Shown here: piece by piece, positions 50,401 to 59,577 of the stretch
How the letters are laid out: the number at the start of each line of letters is the position of its first letter
Position numbering within the stretch: the first letter of the stretch is position 1
NCBI GenBank assembly: GCA_030754595.1
Contig: JASLZZ010000129.1
Span: 45,184-109,183 of the forward strand
Source of the DNA: Nitrospinota bacterium
GTDB lineage: Bacteria > UBA8248
Length of the DNA: 64,000 bases
Reading direction: 5' to 3'
Translations under genes and position numbers: made by a program
Notes under the pieces: generated by a model
Seen by the model: only the letters and a program-made list of their open reading frames with translations
Database searches by the model: none
What the model was told of the DNA's origin: nothing

Positions 50401-50924
50401 GCAGGCAGGGGCGGCGCGCCTCCGGAGAAGAGGGGAAATACGATAACCTCTCCACCATCGAGAAGGCTCTCTTCCTCAAGGGGGTCAACTTGTTTGAGTC
50501 GATGACGGCCGAGCAACTCAGAATCCTCAGCGATATTTCAACCGAGATTCATATCCCCTCGGGAAAGGTCATATTCGATGAGGGAGACCCCTGTGACTAT
50601 CTCTACGTCATCGTCGACGGAGAGGTGGAAATCACCAAGGATATGGGACATGATGGCGAGCAAATACTGGTCACGCTGACTCCTCCAGCCTCTTTCGGCG
50701 AGATTGCACTCTTCGGGGACGAAGGCCGCTCGGCCGGCGCCCGGACCGGAAAAGACATCACCCTGCTAGGCATCGAGAAAGACCCTTTCCTCGCCCTGAT
50801 TGAGGCTCATCCGGCGATTTCCATCGCTATCATCTACGAGTTGACCTCCATCGTCCGGAATCAAGACGCCGTGCGGACCGCCTCGACTCATCAGGGGGAA
50901 CCTGAATCTCCCAAGGAGGACTAA
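47472..50924 (+). CDS. NTT/TLC-like MFS transporter fused to HEAT repeats and a cyclic-nucleotide-binding domain
   Basis: About 12 TM N-terminus (QAKRLVPII), HEAT-like repeats (DPDAMVRSEAV), and C-terminal IFDEGD...FGEIAL...RSA; ATG 47472. Confidence 0.85.
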   Translation: MAGLFKRLFNVREDEFLVFAAFFFFYFLIGLQFSIGLSVSEALFLSHPKVGPSFLPYMYIFNALVIIVVSMVYTRFTEMLSIPSMFKAVLLFFIGLILVIRMGISVDIRAMDIPIALPFLHTLFMMFTNMVPNNFRAFYGLYLDILQAKRLVPIILTGGRYGGIIGGFSIPLLVAILGNVANLLYFWIATIAFSIFLITGIQIRLRDQLLDKSEAPKKKASAKSKAKSGISLLETNRYVAAFSIFSFIIILLRSFQDYQYSVIFRQVFEDKAQLASFLGMFTGIGSAVALLIQTFITPRIIRHMGLATANLIYPLTTLLGLAAMILSPGFYSAVFLRFNNKNFQESIRNPINALLYNALPTNLRSRVGAFVAGQVVAIASILSGVILLIIRPTGLALLPLTPRWVAGITFVIASGYLAAGFFLRSEYSAALRKMLEERNLGLFRFAKEGFGDVDEESMSILVKNLHEGDDDLCTYAAGMIAETGDAKAVSFILDEVPHRTGACLCSLIHLLAQTPDVAENQRVRKLWEQMLNSNDDDSRQATMDAISEAGLIDEYVERIQESLEHKSPMVRSRAICLLVHSDDLFFLAAGLQTLHGMLEDESPEERICALRCIGELENPRFVRRVIPHLSDADSVVRESAMESIERLLKDDIGDSQRLNQIIHVALVDSDASIRRRGVRLLGRRGIREDFERLLASLSDPDAMVRSEAVSSLKEMKRREALTLEGGALFTLLGRWLSPSVNGNGHEMSNDELIEGLTEFSLEHLLGVYEIINHLHAIERLEESESFVMLRSTLNDKVQERQSLILSLLGVIGDEKTVDTVSESLARGEKTSHAIAIETLSNVNAVGDIRQVILMLEPLLLGGTTSEKLAEGRKVWQLQPVDSGEAVRIYTESADPWIRAVAVDAAGHLMADEQAAPSAGAGAAGENRSKWTSRINALAVDEDSYVREAAVSALGRVDNSGPRKWLDAAAGDAEERVRRQGRRASGEEGKYDNLSTIEKALFLKGVNLFESMTAEQLRILSDISTEIHIPSGKVIFDEGDPCDYLYVIVDGEVEITKDMGHDGEQILVTLTPPASFGEIALFGDEGRSAGARTGKDITLLGIEKDPFLALIEAHPAISIAIIYELTSIVRNQDAVRTASTHQGEPESPKED

Positions 50925-51035
50925 CACACCAAGGGGGGGCCCCGAGCCCTCTTTCGAGGCCCTATTTCATCAGCCCCACCGCCCACCGGGAGCCCATTTT
51001 CATCCGCCCCGAGCCCTTCTCCAGGCTCAGTTCGG

Positions 51036-51064
51036 TTGACGGGATATGGGGCAAAACCTATAAT
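51036..51064 (+). promoter_or_regulatory. Near-consensus sigma70 promoter for the multiheme cytochrome
   Basis: TTGACG-17 nt-TATAAT. Confidence 0.7.
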
Positions 51065-51122
51065 TCTACCTGCCTAATTTGCAAGAAATCCCGCTCACGC
51101 AATTCCAGGAGTATCTACTCGA

Positions 51123-53984
51123 ATGGCATCGCGAGAATTTCGCCCCCCCGAGGAGAAGACCTCCCCGGTTCTTTTCTTTGTGGTGGGCTTGCTCATGGTC
51201 GCGGTCTCTTTATGGACGGTCTGGGACGAGATCTACACCCGCAGGCCCTGGAAAAACCAGCAAATCGAGTTCAATCGGCTCGAAAGCCAGATCGTTCAAA
51301 AACAACTGGACAAGAACCGCCTGAAAACGGGCGCCGAGGTCGCCAAAGTCGACGCCGAGATCGCCAAGATCGGCGCGGCCCTGGCGGGCGACGCCGAGAT
51401 TCCCCGTCTCAAGGAGAACCTCGAGAAGCTCAAACTCAAGGCCTTCGAGAAGGTACAGGAGTTCGCCTTCGCGAAGGCGAATTTCGATGAAGCCTACTTC
51501 GAGCTCAATGAGGGCATCCGCCACGGAAACGACATCACCGAGATTGCCAAACACGTCGAGGACCTGCAGAGGCAGATTGCCCGCCTCAAGCCCATCGCCG
51601 AGAAGGCCGAGTCCGACCGCGACGCGGCGAACGCCAAAATCCAGGCGAAAAACAAGGTGCTCACCGATCTGAAAAAGCGCCGCCGCGAGGTCGCCCGGGA
51701 GGTGATCGGCCTTGAGCGCCGCCTTGAGGCCATCGGAAAGCGAACCCTCGAAATCAAGCAGATCGTCCTCCCGGCTTACGAGCGCAACAATTTCGGTGAG
51801 CCCGTCCTCCGGGCGGATCGGTGCCAGACCTGTCATCTGGGCGCCAACCGGGCCGGGTTCAAGAGCATGAAAGAGCCCTTCACCACCCACCCCGACAAGA
51901 ATTTTTATCTGAAAAAACACGACATCGGCCAGATCGGGTGCCAGACCTGCCACGGCGGCCAGGGCAACGCCCTGAAGACCGTCCGGCTGGCCCACGGCGA
52001 TGACCCCTTCTGGGAAGACCATCTTCTGCCCAAATCCGAGATCGGCTCGAAGTGCTACGTCTGCCACCACAACACCTTCAACCTCGAGAAGGCGCCGATT
52101 CTCTCGCGGGGGATCTCCCTCGTCCGCGAGCTGGGCTGCTACGGTTGCCACACTATCCCCGGCACCGAGGATTTGAGAAAGCGCGGGCCCGACCTCTCGC
52201 GGATTCAGGAAAAGGTGAACACCGGCTGGCTCGTCTCATGGATCAAGCGTCCGAAAAGCTACAACCCACGGACGAAAATGCCCTACTTCAGCCTGAGCGA
52301 CCGCGAATCGCTCGACATCGCCACCTACATCTGGGGGGCGAGCCGCCGCGAGGCCGCCGCCCAAAAGATAGAGGGGCTCGGCGACGCGGCCACAATTTCG
52401 AAGGGCAAGGCGCTGTTCGAGTCGGTGGGCTGCCAGGGCTGCCACGTCCGGGACGAGAAGGACGACAACCCGGGCCCGCCCCTCAAGGGGGTCAACGGGC
52501 GCCCCCTCGTCATCCGCAACCGCGATTTTGCCCCGGCCCTCGGGAAAATCGGCGTGAAGGTACAGCCCGACTGGCTCGTTCGGTGGATCAAGAATCCCAA
52601 AAACTACTGGCACGATACAGCGATGCCGAGCCTCCGCCTCTCGGACGGCGAGGCGAAATCGATCTCCGCCTACCTCATCAGCCTCTCCGGCTCCGCGAAG
52701 CGGGCGGCGCCGGCCAAGCTTGACGACGCGGCCGCCTTCAAGCGCGGCGGAAAACTCGTCCGGGAGCGGGGCTGCCAGGGCTGCCATGCCATCCCTGGCA
52801 TGGAAACGACATCGAAGATCGGGCCCGACCTGACCCGCTTCTCCATCAAGGAGGAATTCGAACTCTCCTTCGGCAACGTGGTCAACGTGAAGGAAACCTG
52901 GGACGACTGGACTTTCGGCAAGCTGAAGAACCCGAAAATCTACCAGACCAAGCGTGAAAAACTCCTGATGCCCAATTTCGACCTCTCGGACTCGGAGGTC
53001 CGCTCCCTGCGCACCCTCCTGCGCGGCATGGGCGGACATGGCCCGCCCCATTCGGTCCACTACGAGTTCGACGAGCGGGCCGGGAAGATCGAAGCCGGCC
53101 GCCGGATGATCGAGAAATACAACTGCCAGGGCTGCCACGTCATCGAGAACTGGGGAGGCGACCTTCTCCGGCGATATAAGGATAAGAACAACGGACCTCC
53201 CATCCTGAACGGCGAGGGCAGGAAGATCCAGCCCGGCTGGTTTTACGGGTTCCTGAAAAACGTCGTTCTCCTCCGGCCCTGGTTGAAGGTTCGGATGCCC
53301 AGCTTCGACATGCCGCCAAAGGACGTCGCCGCCCTCGTGGACTATTTCGCCGCCCTCGACGGTAAGCTCCGCCCCTATGTCCATTTCGACGCGACCCGGG
53401 TGAAGGCCGAATCCGTGGCCGCCGGGCGCGTGCTGTTCAACAAGGCAGAGTGTTTCTCGTGCCATGGCGAGTGGCCGCCGCCCCAGGATAAGGAACCGCC
53501 CTCGGCGCCGGACCTTTCGTTCGCGAAAAACCGCCTTCGCCCCGATTGGATAGCCGATTGGATCAGCAACCCGCAGAAGATCGTTCCCGGCACCAAGATG
53601 CCGATCTTCTTCGAGGGTGCCGGCGCCAAGGCGAAAGTCCTCTCGGGCAAGCGGACCGGAAAGGACGAGGACCGCTGGATCTACGCTCTCACCGCGGCGA
53701 GTGAAGCCGAGCTCGCCGAGGAGAAAGCCGCCACCCTGCGCATCGGGAGCAAGTCGATCATCGTGATCGTCGCCGAGATTGACGAGAAAACGATCAAGGT
53801 TTCGAGCCCCGAAAACCTGGGGCCCCGGTTTGGACGTGCCGAAATCACCAGTCACGGCGAGCCGGTTGACGAGGAACTTCTCGAAGGCGACGGACTCCGC
53901 CAGATCAAAGCGCTTCGGAACTTCCTGATGACCGGAAGCAATTTCAAGGCCGCTGAATCGCCCAAAAAAGGAGACGAGGGCTAA
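51123..53984 (+). CDS. Membrane-anchored multiheme cytochrome c (8 CxxCH) with coiled coil
   Basis: N-terminal TM and long coiled coil; CQTCH x2, CYVCH, CYGCH, CQGCH x3 and CFSCH; repeated P-D-L...W...P...MP units. Confidence 0.93.
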   Translation: MASREFRPPEEKTSPVLFFVVGLLMVAVSLWTVWDEIYTRRPWKNQQIEFNRLESQIVQKQLDKNRLKTGAEVAKVDAEIAKIGAALAGDAEIPRLKENLEKLKLKAFEKVQEFAFAKANFDEAYFELNEGIRHGNDITEIAKHVEDLQRQIARLKPIAEKAESDRDAANAKIQAKNKVLTDLKKRRREVAREVIGLERRLEAIGKRTLEIKQIVLPAYERNNFGEPVLRADRCQTCHLGANRAGFKSMKEPFTTHPDKNFYLKKHDIGQIGCQTCHGGQGNALKTVRLAHGDDPFWEDHLLPKSEIGSKCYVCHHNTFNLEKAPILSRGISLVRELGCYGCHTIPGTEDLRKRGPDLSRIQEKVNTGWLVSWIKRPKSYNPRTKMPYFSLSDRESLDIATYIWGASRREAAAQKIEGLGDAATISKGKALFESVGCQGCHVRDEKDDNPGPPLKGVNGRPLVIRNRDFAPALGKIGVKVQPDWLVRWIKNPKNYWHDTAMPSLRLSDGEAKSISAYLISLSGSAKRAAPAKLDDAAAFKRGGKLVRERGCQGCHAIPGMETTSKIGPDLTRFSIKEEFELSFGNVVNVKETWDDWTFGKLKNPKIYQTKREKLLMPNFDLSDSEVRSLRTLLRGMGGHGPPHSVHYEFDERAGKIEAGRRMIEKYNCQGCHVIENWGGDLLRRYKDKNNGPPILNGEGRKIQPGWFYGFLKNVVLLRPWLKVRMPSFDMPPKDVAALVDYFAALDGKLRPYVHFDATRVKAESVAAGRVLFNKAECFSCHGEWPPPQDKEPPSAPDLSFAKNRLRPDWIADWISNPQKIVPGTKMPIFFEGAGAKAKVLSGKRTGKDEDRWIYALTAASEAELAEEKAATLRIGSKSIIVIVAEIDEKTIKVSSPENLGPRFGRAEITSHGEPVDEELLEGDGLRQIKALRNFLMTGSNFKAAESPKKGDEG

Positions 53985-54018
53985 CCTCCCAAAATCCCTC
54001 AAGGACGAACGAATTTTT

Positions 54019-54057
54019 CCGCCTCCCTGCCCCGCGGCAAGGGGGCGGTTTTTTTTA
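54019..54057 (+). terminator. Intrinsic terminator
   Basis: ccgcc...tgcc-ccgc-ggca...ggcgg followed by T8. Confidence 0.7.
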
Positions 54058-54220
54058 CCCGAAACTCTTTCCTGATTTGACCTGTAAATTCTGACCGATA
54101 TTTTCGTCGGGATCAGGCGGGCCGTCTTACCGGCGCCGAAGAGATACCGGCCCGAAGGGCGGGAACAGTATTCATTGACCTCGCTGATCGGAGAGTTGGT
54201 GAGGGCAGGGCCAAGTTAGC

Positions 54221-54937
54221 CTAGACAATTCCCAGCCGGCGGCGCCCCTCGTTGGTGCGGATATGGGCCGCCCGGATGGGCACGGGAATCCGGTAGCGGG
54301 GAGAGACGGCCAGCGTGTAGCGAATCGTGCCCTCCAGGTCGATTCGGTGACCCGGAGAGACATAGAAGGGGCTTGACTCCTTTTCGTGTCCTGAGGACCG
54401 CTTCCCACGACCTCTCCTCCGAGCGCTTTCAGAGGTTCCCATGCCCCTTTTTCCCCGGCCGGTTCCATGGGCCTCTCCCCACAGCCAGCTCTTGGCACAG
54501 CCCACCGAGGGCACCCCCAGCCGCAGCCCCAAGTGAGAAGCGATCCCCAGCCACCGCAGATGGGCGATTCCCTGGCCGTCGAAAAATATGAGGTCGGGCA
54601 TCCGGGAGAGCCCCCCGAAGGCGCGCTCGAGCAGCGGCCCCTCCCGAAACGAGAGAAGGCCCGGAACGTAGGGGAACGACGCCTCCCCCACGGCGAGCGA
54701 CTCCTCGATCACCTCAAGGTCCGGGAACGAGAGGACCACGACGCCCGCCACGGCCCGGCGGCCGAAACGCAGGTGGGAGATGTCCGCCCCGGCCACGGTG
54801 CGCGGGGGACGCCCGAGGAGGGGGAACCTGAGTCGACCTCGGAGGGAGAGTTGAAGCTCGCGGGCTTCCTTGGGGGTAAGGGACCAGGGATGGTCCAAGG
54901 GGGAGGGGCGCCGCCTTTTTCCGCCGCCGCCTTTCAT
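54221..54937 (-). CDS. nfi: Endonuclease V with an internal out-of-frame segment (possibly decaying)
   Basis: VAGADIS, FPYVPGLLSFRE, DGQGIAH, GCAKS, YVSPGH and PVPIRAAH. Three +1 insertions between about 54368 and 54473 scramble about 35 codons. Confidence 0.88.
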   Translation of the reverse strand: MKGGGGKRRRPSPLDHPWSLTPKEARELQLSLRGRLRFPLLGRPPRTVAGADISHLRFGRRAVAGVVVLSFPDLEVIEESLAVGEASFPYVPGLLSFREGPLLERAFGGLSRMPDLIFFDGQGIAHLRWLGIASHLGLRLGVPSVGCAKSWLWGEAHGTGRGKRGMGTSESARRRGRGKRSSGHEKESSPFYVSPGHRIDLEGTIRYTLAVSPRYRIPVPIRAAHIRTNEGRRRLGIV

Positions 54938-54953
54938 CGGGATTTCGCGGGCA

Positions 54954-56036
54954 TCAGGACTTTGCGGGCGCCTCTCTCGGAGCGGCGCTGCCGTCCGCCT
55001 CGATTTCGGTTTCGCTATCGCCGAGGTCGTGGCCCAGCAGAGTCTTCATCTTGAAAATTTGCTCCGCGCCGCCGATGACGATGAGGACGTCCTCTTTCAT
55101 GACCACGTAATCCGCCCCGGGATTATAGATGTATTTCTCCGGGTCCAGCGATTTCACGGCGACGACCAGGAGGCCCGTCTGGCGCGGGAAGTCGATGTCC
55201 CGGAGCGATTTGCCAATCCAGTCGTTCCCCTCCTCGAGGACCGTGACCTCCTCGATGCGGAGGGTCTTGTCCTTGTCGCGGAGCATCGCGTCGAGGAAGG
55301 AAACCACGGTCGGCCGAATCGCCTCCGACGCCATGCGCAGGCCGCCGATGAAGTCGGCCATGACGGTCCCATTGGCGCCCACCCGCTGGAACTTCTGGGC
55401 GCTGTCGCGGTCGAAGACGCACGAAATGATCCGGATCGTGGGGCTCAACTCCCGCGCCGAGAGGACGACCAGGAGATTTTCGCTGTCCGTACTCAGCGCG
55501 CTGATCAGGCCCTGGGCGTGCTCCAGGTTGGCCTGTACCAGTGTCTGCTCCCGGGTGGGGTCACCCTCGAGGACGAGGAGATCATGCTCGGGGAAGATGT
55601 CCTTGAGTTCGGAGATGTCCTTGTCGACGACGACGTGGGGCGTTTTGGTCTTGATGAGCTCCTCGAGCGCATAGCGGCCCTCTCCCCGGTAGCCGCACAA
55701 TATAAAGTGGTTGCGCATACGCTTGATTTTTTTAAGCATTTGCCGGCCCCTCAAGTAATCCATCAGTTGACCTTCGACCAGGAACGCGGTGAATGTGCCC
55801 ATTCCGTAGGCCAGTAAACCCATCCCGCTGAACAGGAGGAAGATCGTGAAGATGCGGCCATTGGTGGTCAGGTCGCGCACCTCGCCGTATCCGACCGTGG
55901 TGAGGGATATGACCGTCATATAGAAGGAGTCGAAGAAATTCCAACCCTCGATGGCCATGTATCCCGCGACACCGGCCAGCAGGACCGCGGCCAGCACCAC
56001 GAACGCGAAGAGAAGGCGCTTCCAGAGTGAATGCAT
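54954..56036 (-). CDS. Potassium channel with TrkA-N/TrkA-C (RCK) domains
   Basis: Two TMs with TTVGYG filter, NHFILCG and a TrkA-C tail. Confidence 0.93.
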   Translation of the reverse strand: MHSLWKRLLFAFVVLAAVLLAGVAGYMAIEGWNFFDSFYMTVISLTTVGYGEVRDLTTNGRIFTIFLLFSGMGLLAYGMGTFTAFLVEGQLMDYLRGRQMLKKIKRMRNHFILCGYRGEGRYALEELIKTKTPHVVVDKDISELKDIFPEHDLLVLEGDPTREQTLVQANLEHAQGLISALSTDSENLLVVLSARELSPTIRIISCVFDRDSAQKFQRVGANGTVMADFIGGLRMASEAIRPTVVSFLDAMLRDKDKTLRIEEVTVLEEGNDWIGKSLRDIDFPRQTGLLVVAVKSLDPEKYIYNPGADYVVMKEDVLIVIGGAEQIFKMKTLLGHDLGDSETEIEADGSAAPREAPAKS

Positions 56037-56174
56037 GATCAGATGACTTCTTTATTAATTTAATAAAAATATCCGGATGGCGATTTTAACACATTCCCGG
56101 ATCGGCGGCGCGCCGACGGGCGGTAGTGGGCGCTGACGCGCGCCTGCCGGGCGGTGGGAGTCGGCTGAATAGGC

Positions 56175-58394
56175 CTAATTCTGAAACGATTCTCCCAGAA
56201 CCTCTTTTCGGCGGGTTTGGGGAGCGACGCGGAGGACGGAAAGAACGCCTTTTACATCCCTCGTTTTTCTCAGGACCTCGTTGAGATGGTCCAAATCGTG
56301 AATCTGAACCTCGAGGCGGATTCCCGCCTTGTCGTGGTGTGACTCGGCCTCGATCCGGGCGATGTTACTCTCACATTCCGCGATCGCCGCGCTCAGTCCC
56401 GCCAGGATGCCCGGACGGTCCACCGCCTCCACCGCGAGGGTCACCGTGTGCATCTCGTCTTTTTTCTCTTGGCCCCAGGCCACATCGACCAGGCGCTCGC
56501 TGTCCCCCGAGAGGTCGCGGACGCTCGAGCACATCTGGGAGTGGACAGTCACCCCCTTCCCGCGGGTGATGAACCCGATGATCGGATCCCCCGGAACCGG
56601 GTCGCAACACTTGGCGAACCGGATGAGGACGTCGTCCTGCCCCTTCACCTGAATCGCCTTGGGAGATTTTCCGCCCACCCGCTGAACCAGGCGCCGGATG
56701 GGGGAATTCTCGCGCTTCTCGTATCCCTGGACGACCTCCTCGGGAAGAAGGGAGTGGACGACATCGCGGGCCGAAAGACGGCCGAAACCGACCGAGGCGA
56801 GGAGGTCTTCCTTGCTCTGCCGATTCAGCGCCCCCGCCGCGGCCTCGAGCCGATCATCGGTGAGATAGACGGCGGGATCGGCCTTGAAGAGGATGAGCTC
56901 GTGGTCGAGGAGCTCGCGCCCCAGATCCGTGGAGCGAAGACGCTGCTCATGGCGGACCCAGGCCCTGACCTGCTGCTTGGCCCGGGGCGTCACAACGAAT
57001 TTCAGCCAGTCCCGGCCTGGCGTCCGGTGGGGGTTGGTGAGAATTTCGACGACATCACCGTTCTCCAGCCGGGTGTTCAGCGGAACGATGCGGCCGTTCA
57101 CCCTCGCTCCCACGCAATGGTGGCCGATTTCGGAGTGGACGGAGTAAGCGAAATCGACGGGGGTGGCTCCCCGGGGAAATCTCCTGACCTCGCTCTTGGG
57201 GGTGAAAACGAACACCTCGTCCGGAAACAGATTCAACCGCACCGAATCGACGAGATTCTTGGGGTCGGTCTCTTCCTGAAGGCTCTCCACGATGCGGCGG
57301 AGCCATTCGAACTTATCGAATGAATTGTCGTCCTCGCCGTCCTCCTTGTAGCGCCAGTGGGCGGCGATCCCCTGCTCGGCCATCTGGTGCATCTCACGGG
57401 TCCGGATCTGGAATTCCAGGCGCTGGCCGCGAGCGCCCATGACCGTCGTATGGAGGGATTGATAAAGGTTGGCCTTGGGAAGGGCGATATAATCCTTGAA
57501 GCGGCCCGGAATCGGCTTCCACATCGTGTGAAGATGGCCGAGAACGGCGTAGCAATCGTTCAACTCATCGACGATGATGCGCAGGCCCGAAATATCGAAC
57601 ACCTGATGGAAGTCGAGGTTTTGCTCCCGCATCTTGCGGTGGATGCTGGAATGGAGCTTGAATCGGGCCGAAACCTCGACATTGATCCCGGCCCGCCCGA
57701 GGGAGTCGCACACCAGCGATTCCGTCTCCTCGAGGAAAGCCTTCCGGTCGGCGAAACCCTCCTTCAATTTGTCGTCGATTTCCGCATACTCCTCGGGATG
57801 GAGATGGCGAAAAGCGATCTCCTCGAGCGAGCCCTTGAGCCACCCGATTCCCAGGCGGTTAGCCAGCGGCGCGTATATCTGGGCCGTTTCGCGCGCGATC
57901 CGCTCTCGTCGTCCGGGCGGCAAATACTCAAGGGTCATGGCGTTGTGCAGACGGTCGGCCAGTTTGATCAAAATGACGCGAATATCGTGCGACATCGCGA
58001 CAAGCATTTTCCGGTAGTTTTCCGCCTGGCGAACCCGGGCGCTGGAGTTATCGAGCCTGGCCAGCTTGGTCACGCCGTCCACGAGCCCGCTCACGTGGCC
58101 GCCGAACAGCTGGGTGATTTCGTCGATGGTCGCTCCCGTGTCCTCCGCCGTGTCGTGAAGAATACCGGCGGCCACTGTTTCGGGGTCCTGGCGCATGATG
58201 GCCAGGATGCGCGCCACCTCGAGGGGATGGGAGATATAGGGCTCTCCCGAAATGCGGGATTGCCCGCGGTGGACCTTCGCTGTGTAGATGTAGGCGCGTG
58301 TGATGAGGTCGGAGTTGCCCGAGGCGTACTCTTCCACCAAGTCAACGATGTCCATGATCCGAGCCGGTGGAAGGCCCTCTAGCCTGGGAGGCAT
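56175..58394 (-). CDS. spoT: Bifunctional (p)ppGpp synthetase/hydrolase (RelA/SpoT)
   Basis: SGEPYISHP, LHDTAED, KLADRLHN, YQSLHT, TGS domain, CCDPVPGD and ACT domain. Confidence 0.96.
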   Translation of the reverse strand: MPPRLEGLPPARIMDIVDLVEEYASGNSDLITRAYIYTAKVHRGQSRISGEPYISHPLEVARILAIMRQDPETVAAGILHDTAEDTGATIDEITQLFGGHVSGLVDGVTKLARLDNSSARVRQAENYRKMLVAMSHDIRVILIKLADRLHNAMTLEYLPPGRRERIARETAQIYAPLANRLGIGWLKGSLEEIAFRHLHPEEYAEIDDKLKEGFADRKAFLEETESLVCDSLGRAGINVEVSARFKLHSSIHRKMREQNLDFHQVFDISGLRIIVDELNDCYAVLGHLHTMWKPIPGRFKDYIALPKANLYQSLHTTVMGARGQRLEFQIRTREMHQMAEQGIAAHWRYKEDGEDDNSFDKFEWLRRIVESLQEETDPKNLVDSVRLNLFPDEVFVFTPKSEVRRFPRGATPVDFAYSVHSEIGHHCVGARVNGRIVPLNTRLENGDVVEILTNPHRTPGRDWLKFVVTPRAKQQVRAWVRHEQRLRSTDLGRELLDHELILFKADPAVYLTDDRLEAAAGALNRQSKEDLLASVGFGRLSARDVVHSLLPEEVVQGYEKRENSPIRRLVQRVGGKSPKAIQVKGQDDVLIRFAKCCDPVPGDPIIGFITRGKGVTVHSQMCSSVRDLSGDSERLVDVAWGQEKKDEMHTVTLAVEAVDRPGILAGLSAAIAECESNIARIEAESHHDKAGIRLEVQIHDLDHLNEVLRKTRDVKGVLSVLRVAPQTRRKEVLGESFQN

Positions 58395-58537
58395 TCCGCT
58401 CTCTCCTCGTTCGGGTCCGCTTCCGTTAAAACGCTACCCGAGGGGAGGATATAGCGTCAAGACAGGGACGTTAAGGCCCCTAGCGAAAAAGACCCCCCGA
58501 CGCGGAGGAGGCCCGAGCGATCCGGAGAAAACGGTGA

Positions 58538-59056
58538 TCAATAGGCGCGGAGGGGGGATACCACGAAGTCCGCCATGCCAGGCGCCATATAGTCGGACTC
58601 GGAGACGTGGCGGTTCACCACGACCGCCCCTTTGTTGCATATTTCAACGCAGAGGCGGCAGCCCACGCAGTTGCTCTGGTCCACGACGGCCACCTGGCTG
58701 TGGTCGCGCTCGACCGAAGAGCGGGCCATGACGATGCAATCGAACGGGCATATGTCCACGCACCAGACGCATCCCGTGCAATTCTCCTCGATGACAAAAG
58801 CCTTGGGCATTTCCTTGTGCTTGATATTCGTGATGCGGCCGCCGCTTTTGTCCTGAATCGACTCGACCGGACAGTACTTTCCGCACACCCCGCAATCGAT
58901 GCACAGGGATTGGGTGATGACATAAATCTCCCGGCCCTTGCCCTCGAAACCTTTGGCGGTGACGCCGACCCCGCTGTCGCCGCGAATAGCACTCGTCGGA
59001 CACACAGGAAAGCAGGCATCGCACCCGATACAATCACTGAAAATAAAATGCGGCAT
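58538..59056 (-). CDS. Polyferredoxin (four 4Fe-4S motifs)
   Basis: CIGCDACFPVCP, CIDCGVCGKYCP, CTGCVWCVDICP and CVGCRLCVEIC. Confidence 0.9.
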   Translation of the reverse strand: MPHFIFSDCIGCDACFPVCPTSAIRGDSGVGVTAKGFEGKGREIYVITQSLCIDCGVCGKYCPVESIQDKSGGRITNIKHKEMPKAFVIEENCTGCVWCVDICPFDCIVMARSSVERDHSQVAVVDQSNCVGCRLCVEICNKGAVVVNRHVSESDYMAPGMADFVVSPLRAY

Positions 59057-59300
59057 CCGGTTTCCTCAAAAAAAATCCGGGCAGGGGAGCAGTTGGCTCG
59101 TCCGGCGGCGCCAAGTACCGGACTTCATTGGTCATATATCCGTTTTCCTCTTTTTTTGTCAAGCGATTCAGGGAGACGGCCGGGCCGGCCCAGACTCCAG
59201 AGACTTGCCTCTCCCACCCTTTTTGTAGAGAATACCCCCGTTTAAGAGAGCGCGGCTTCGCCCGCCTGAATGCCCAAGGACCGAGAGGGATTACTCCGAG

Positions 59301-59468
59301 ATGGAAGAGTTTATTAAGATTTTATCGAAACCCGACAATATCCCCATCGCGATTATGGCGCCCCTTGTCGCATTTTTTGTGTGGCTCTCGATCTCTCAGG
59401 GCCTCCGCCACGACAAGCTCAGCAAGGAAGGAAAAAAGGACGCCATCTACGACGAGATGATCCGCTAG
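59301..59468 (+). CDS. Small single-TM protein with KPDNIPI motif (55 aa, not in ORF track)
   Basis: Manual translation: MEEFIKILSKPDNIPIAIMAPLVAFFVWLSISQGLRHDKLSKEGKKDAIYDEMIR*; GAGAGGGA upstream. Confidence 0.7.
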   Translation: MEEFIKILSKPDNIPIAIMAPLVAFFVWLSISQGLRHDKLSKEGKKDAIYDEMIR

Positions 59469-59577
59469 CAACAAACCATCGGGGGGGGGCGGTCACCGGG
59501 CCGGCCAGGTGCATCCGCCGGCGCCGAACCCTTCTTGCCTGCCGCCACTTCCTCTAAAGGTTCCGGACGGGCACGAA

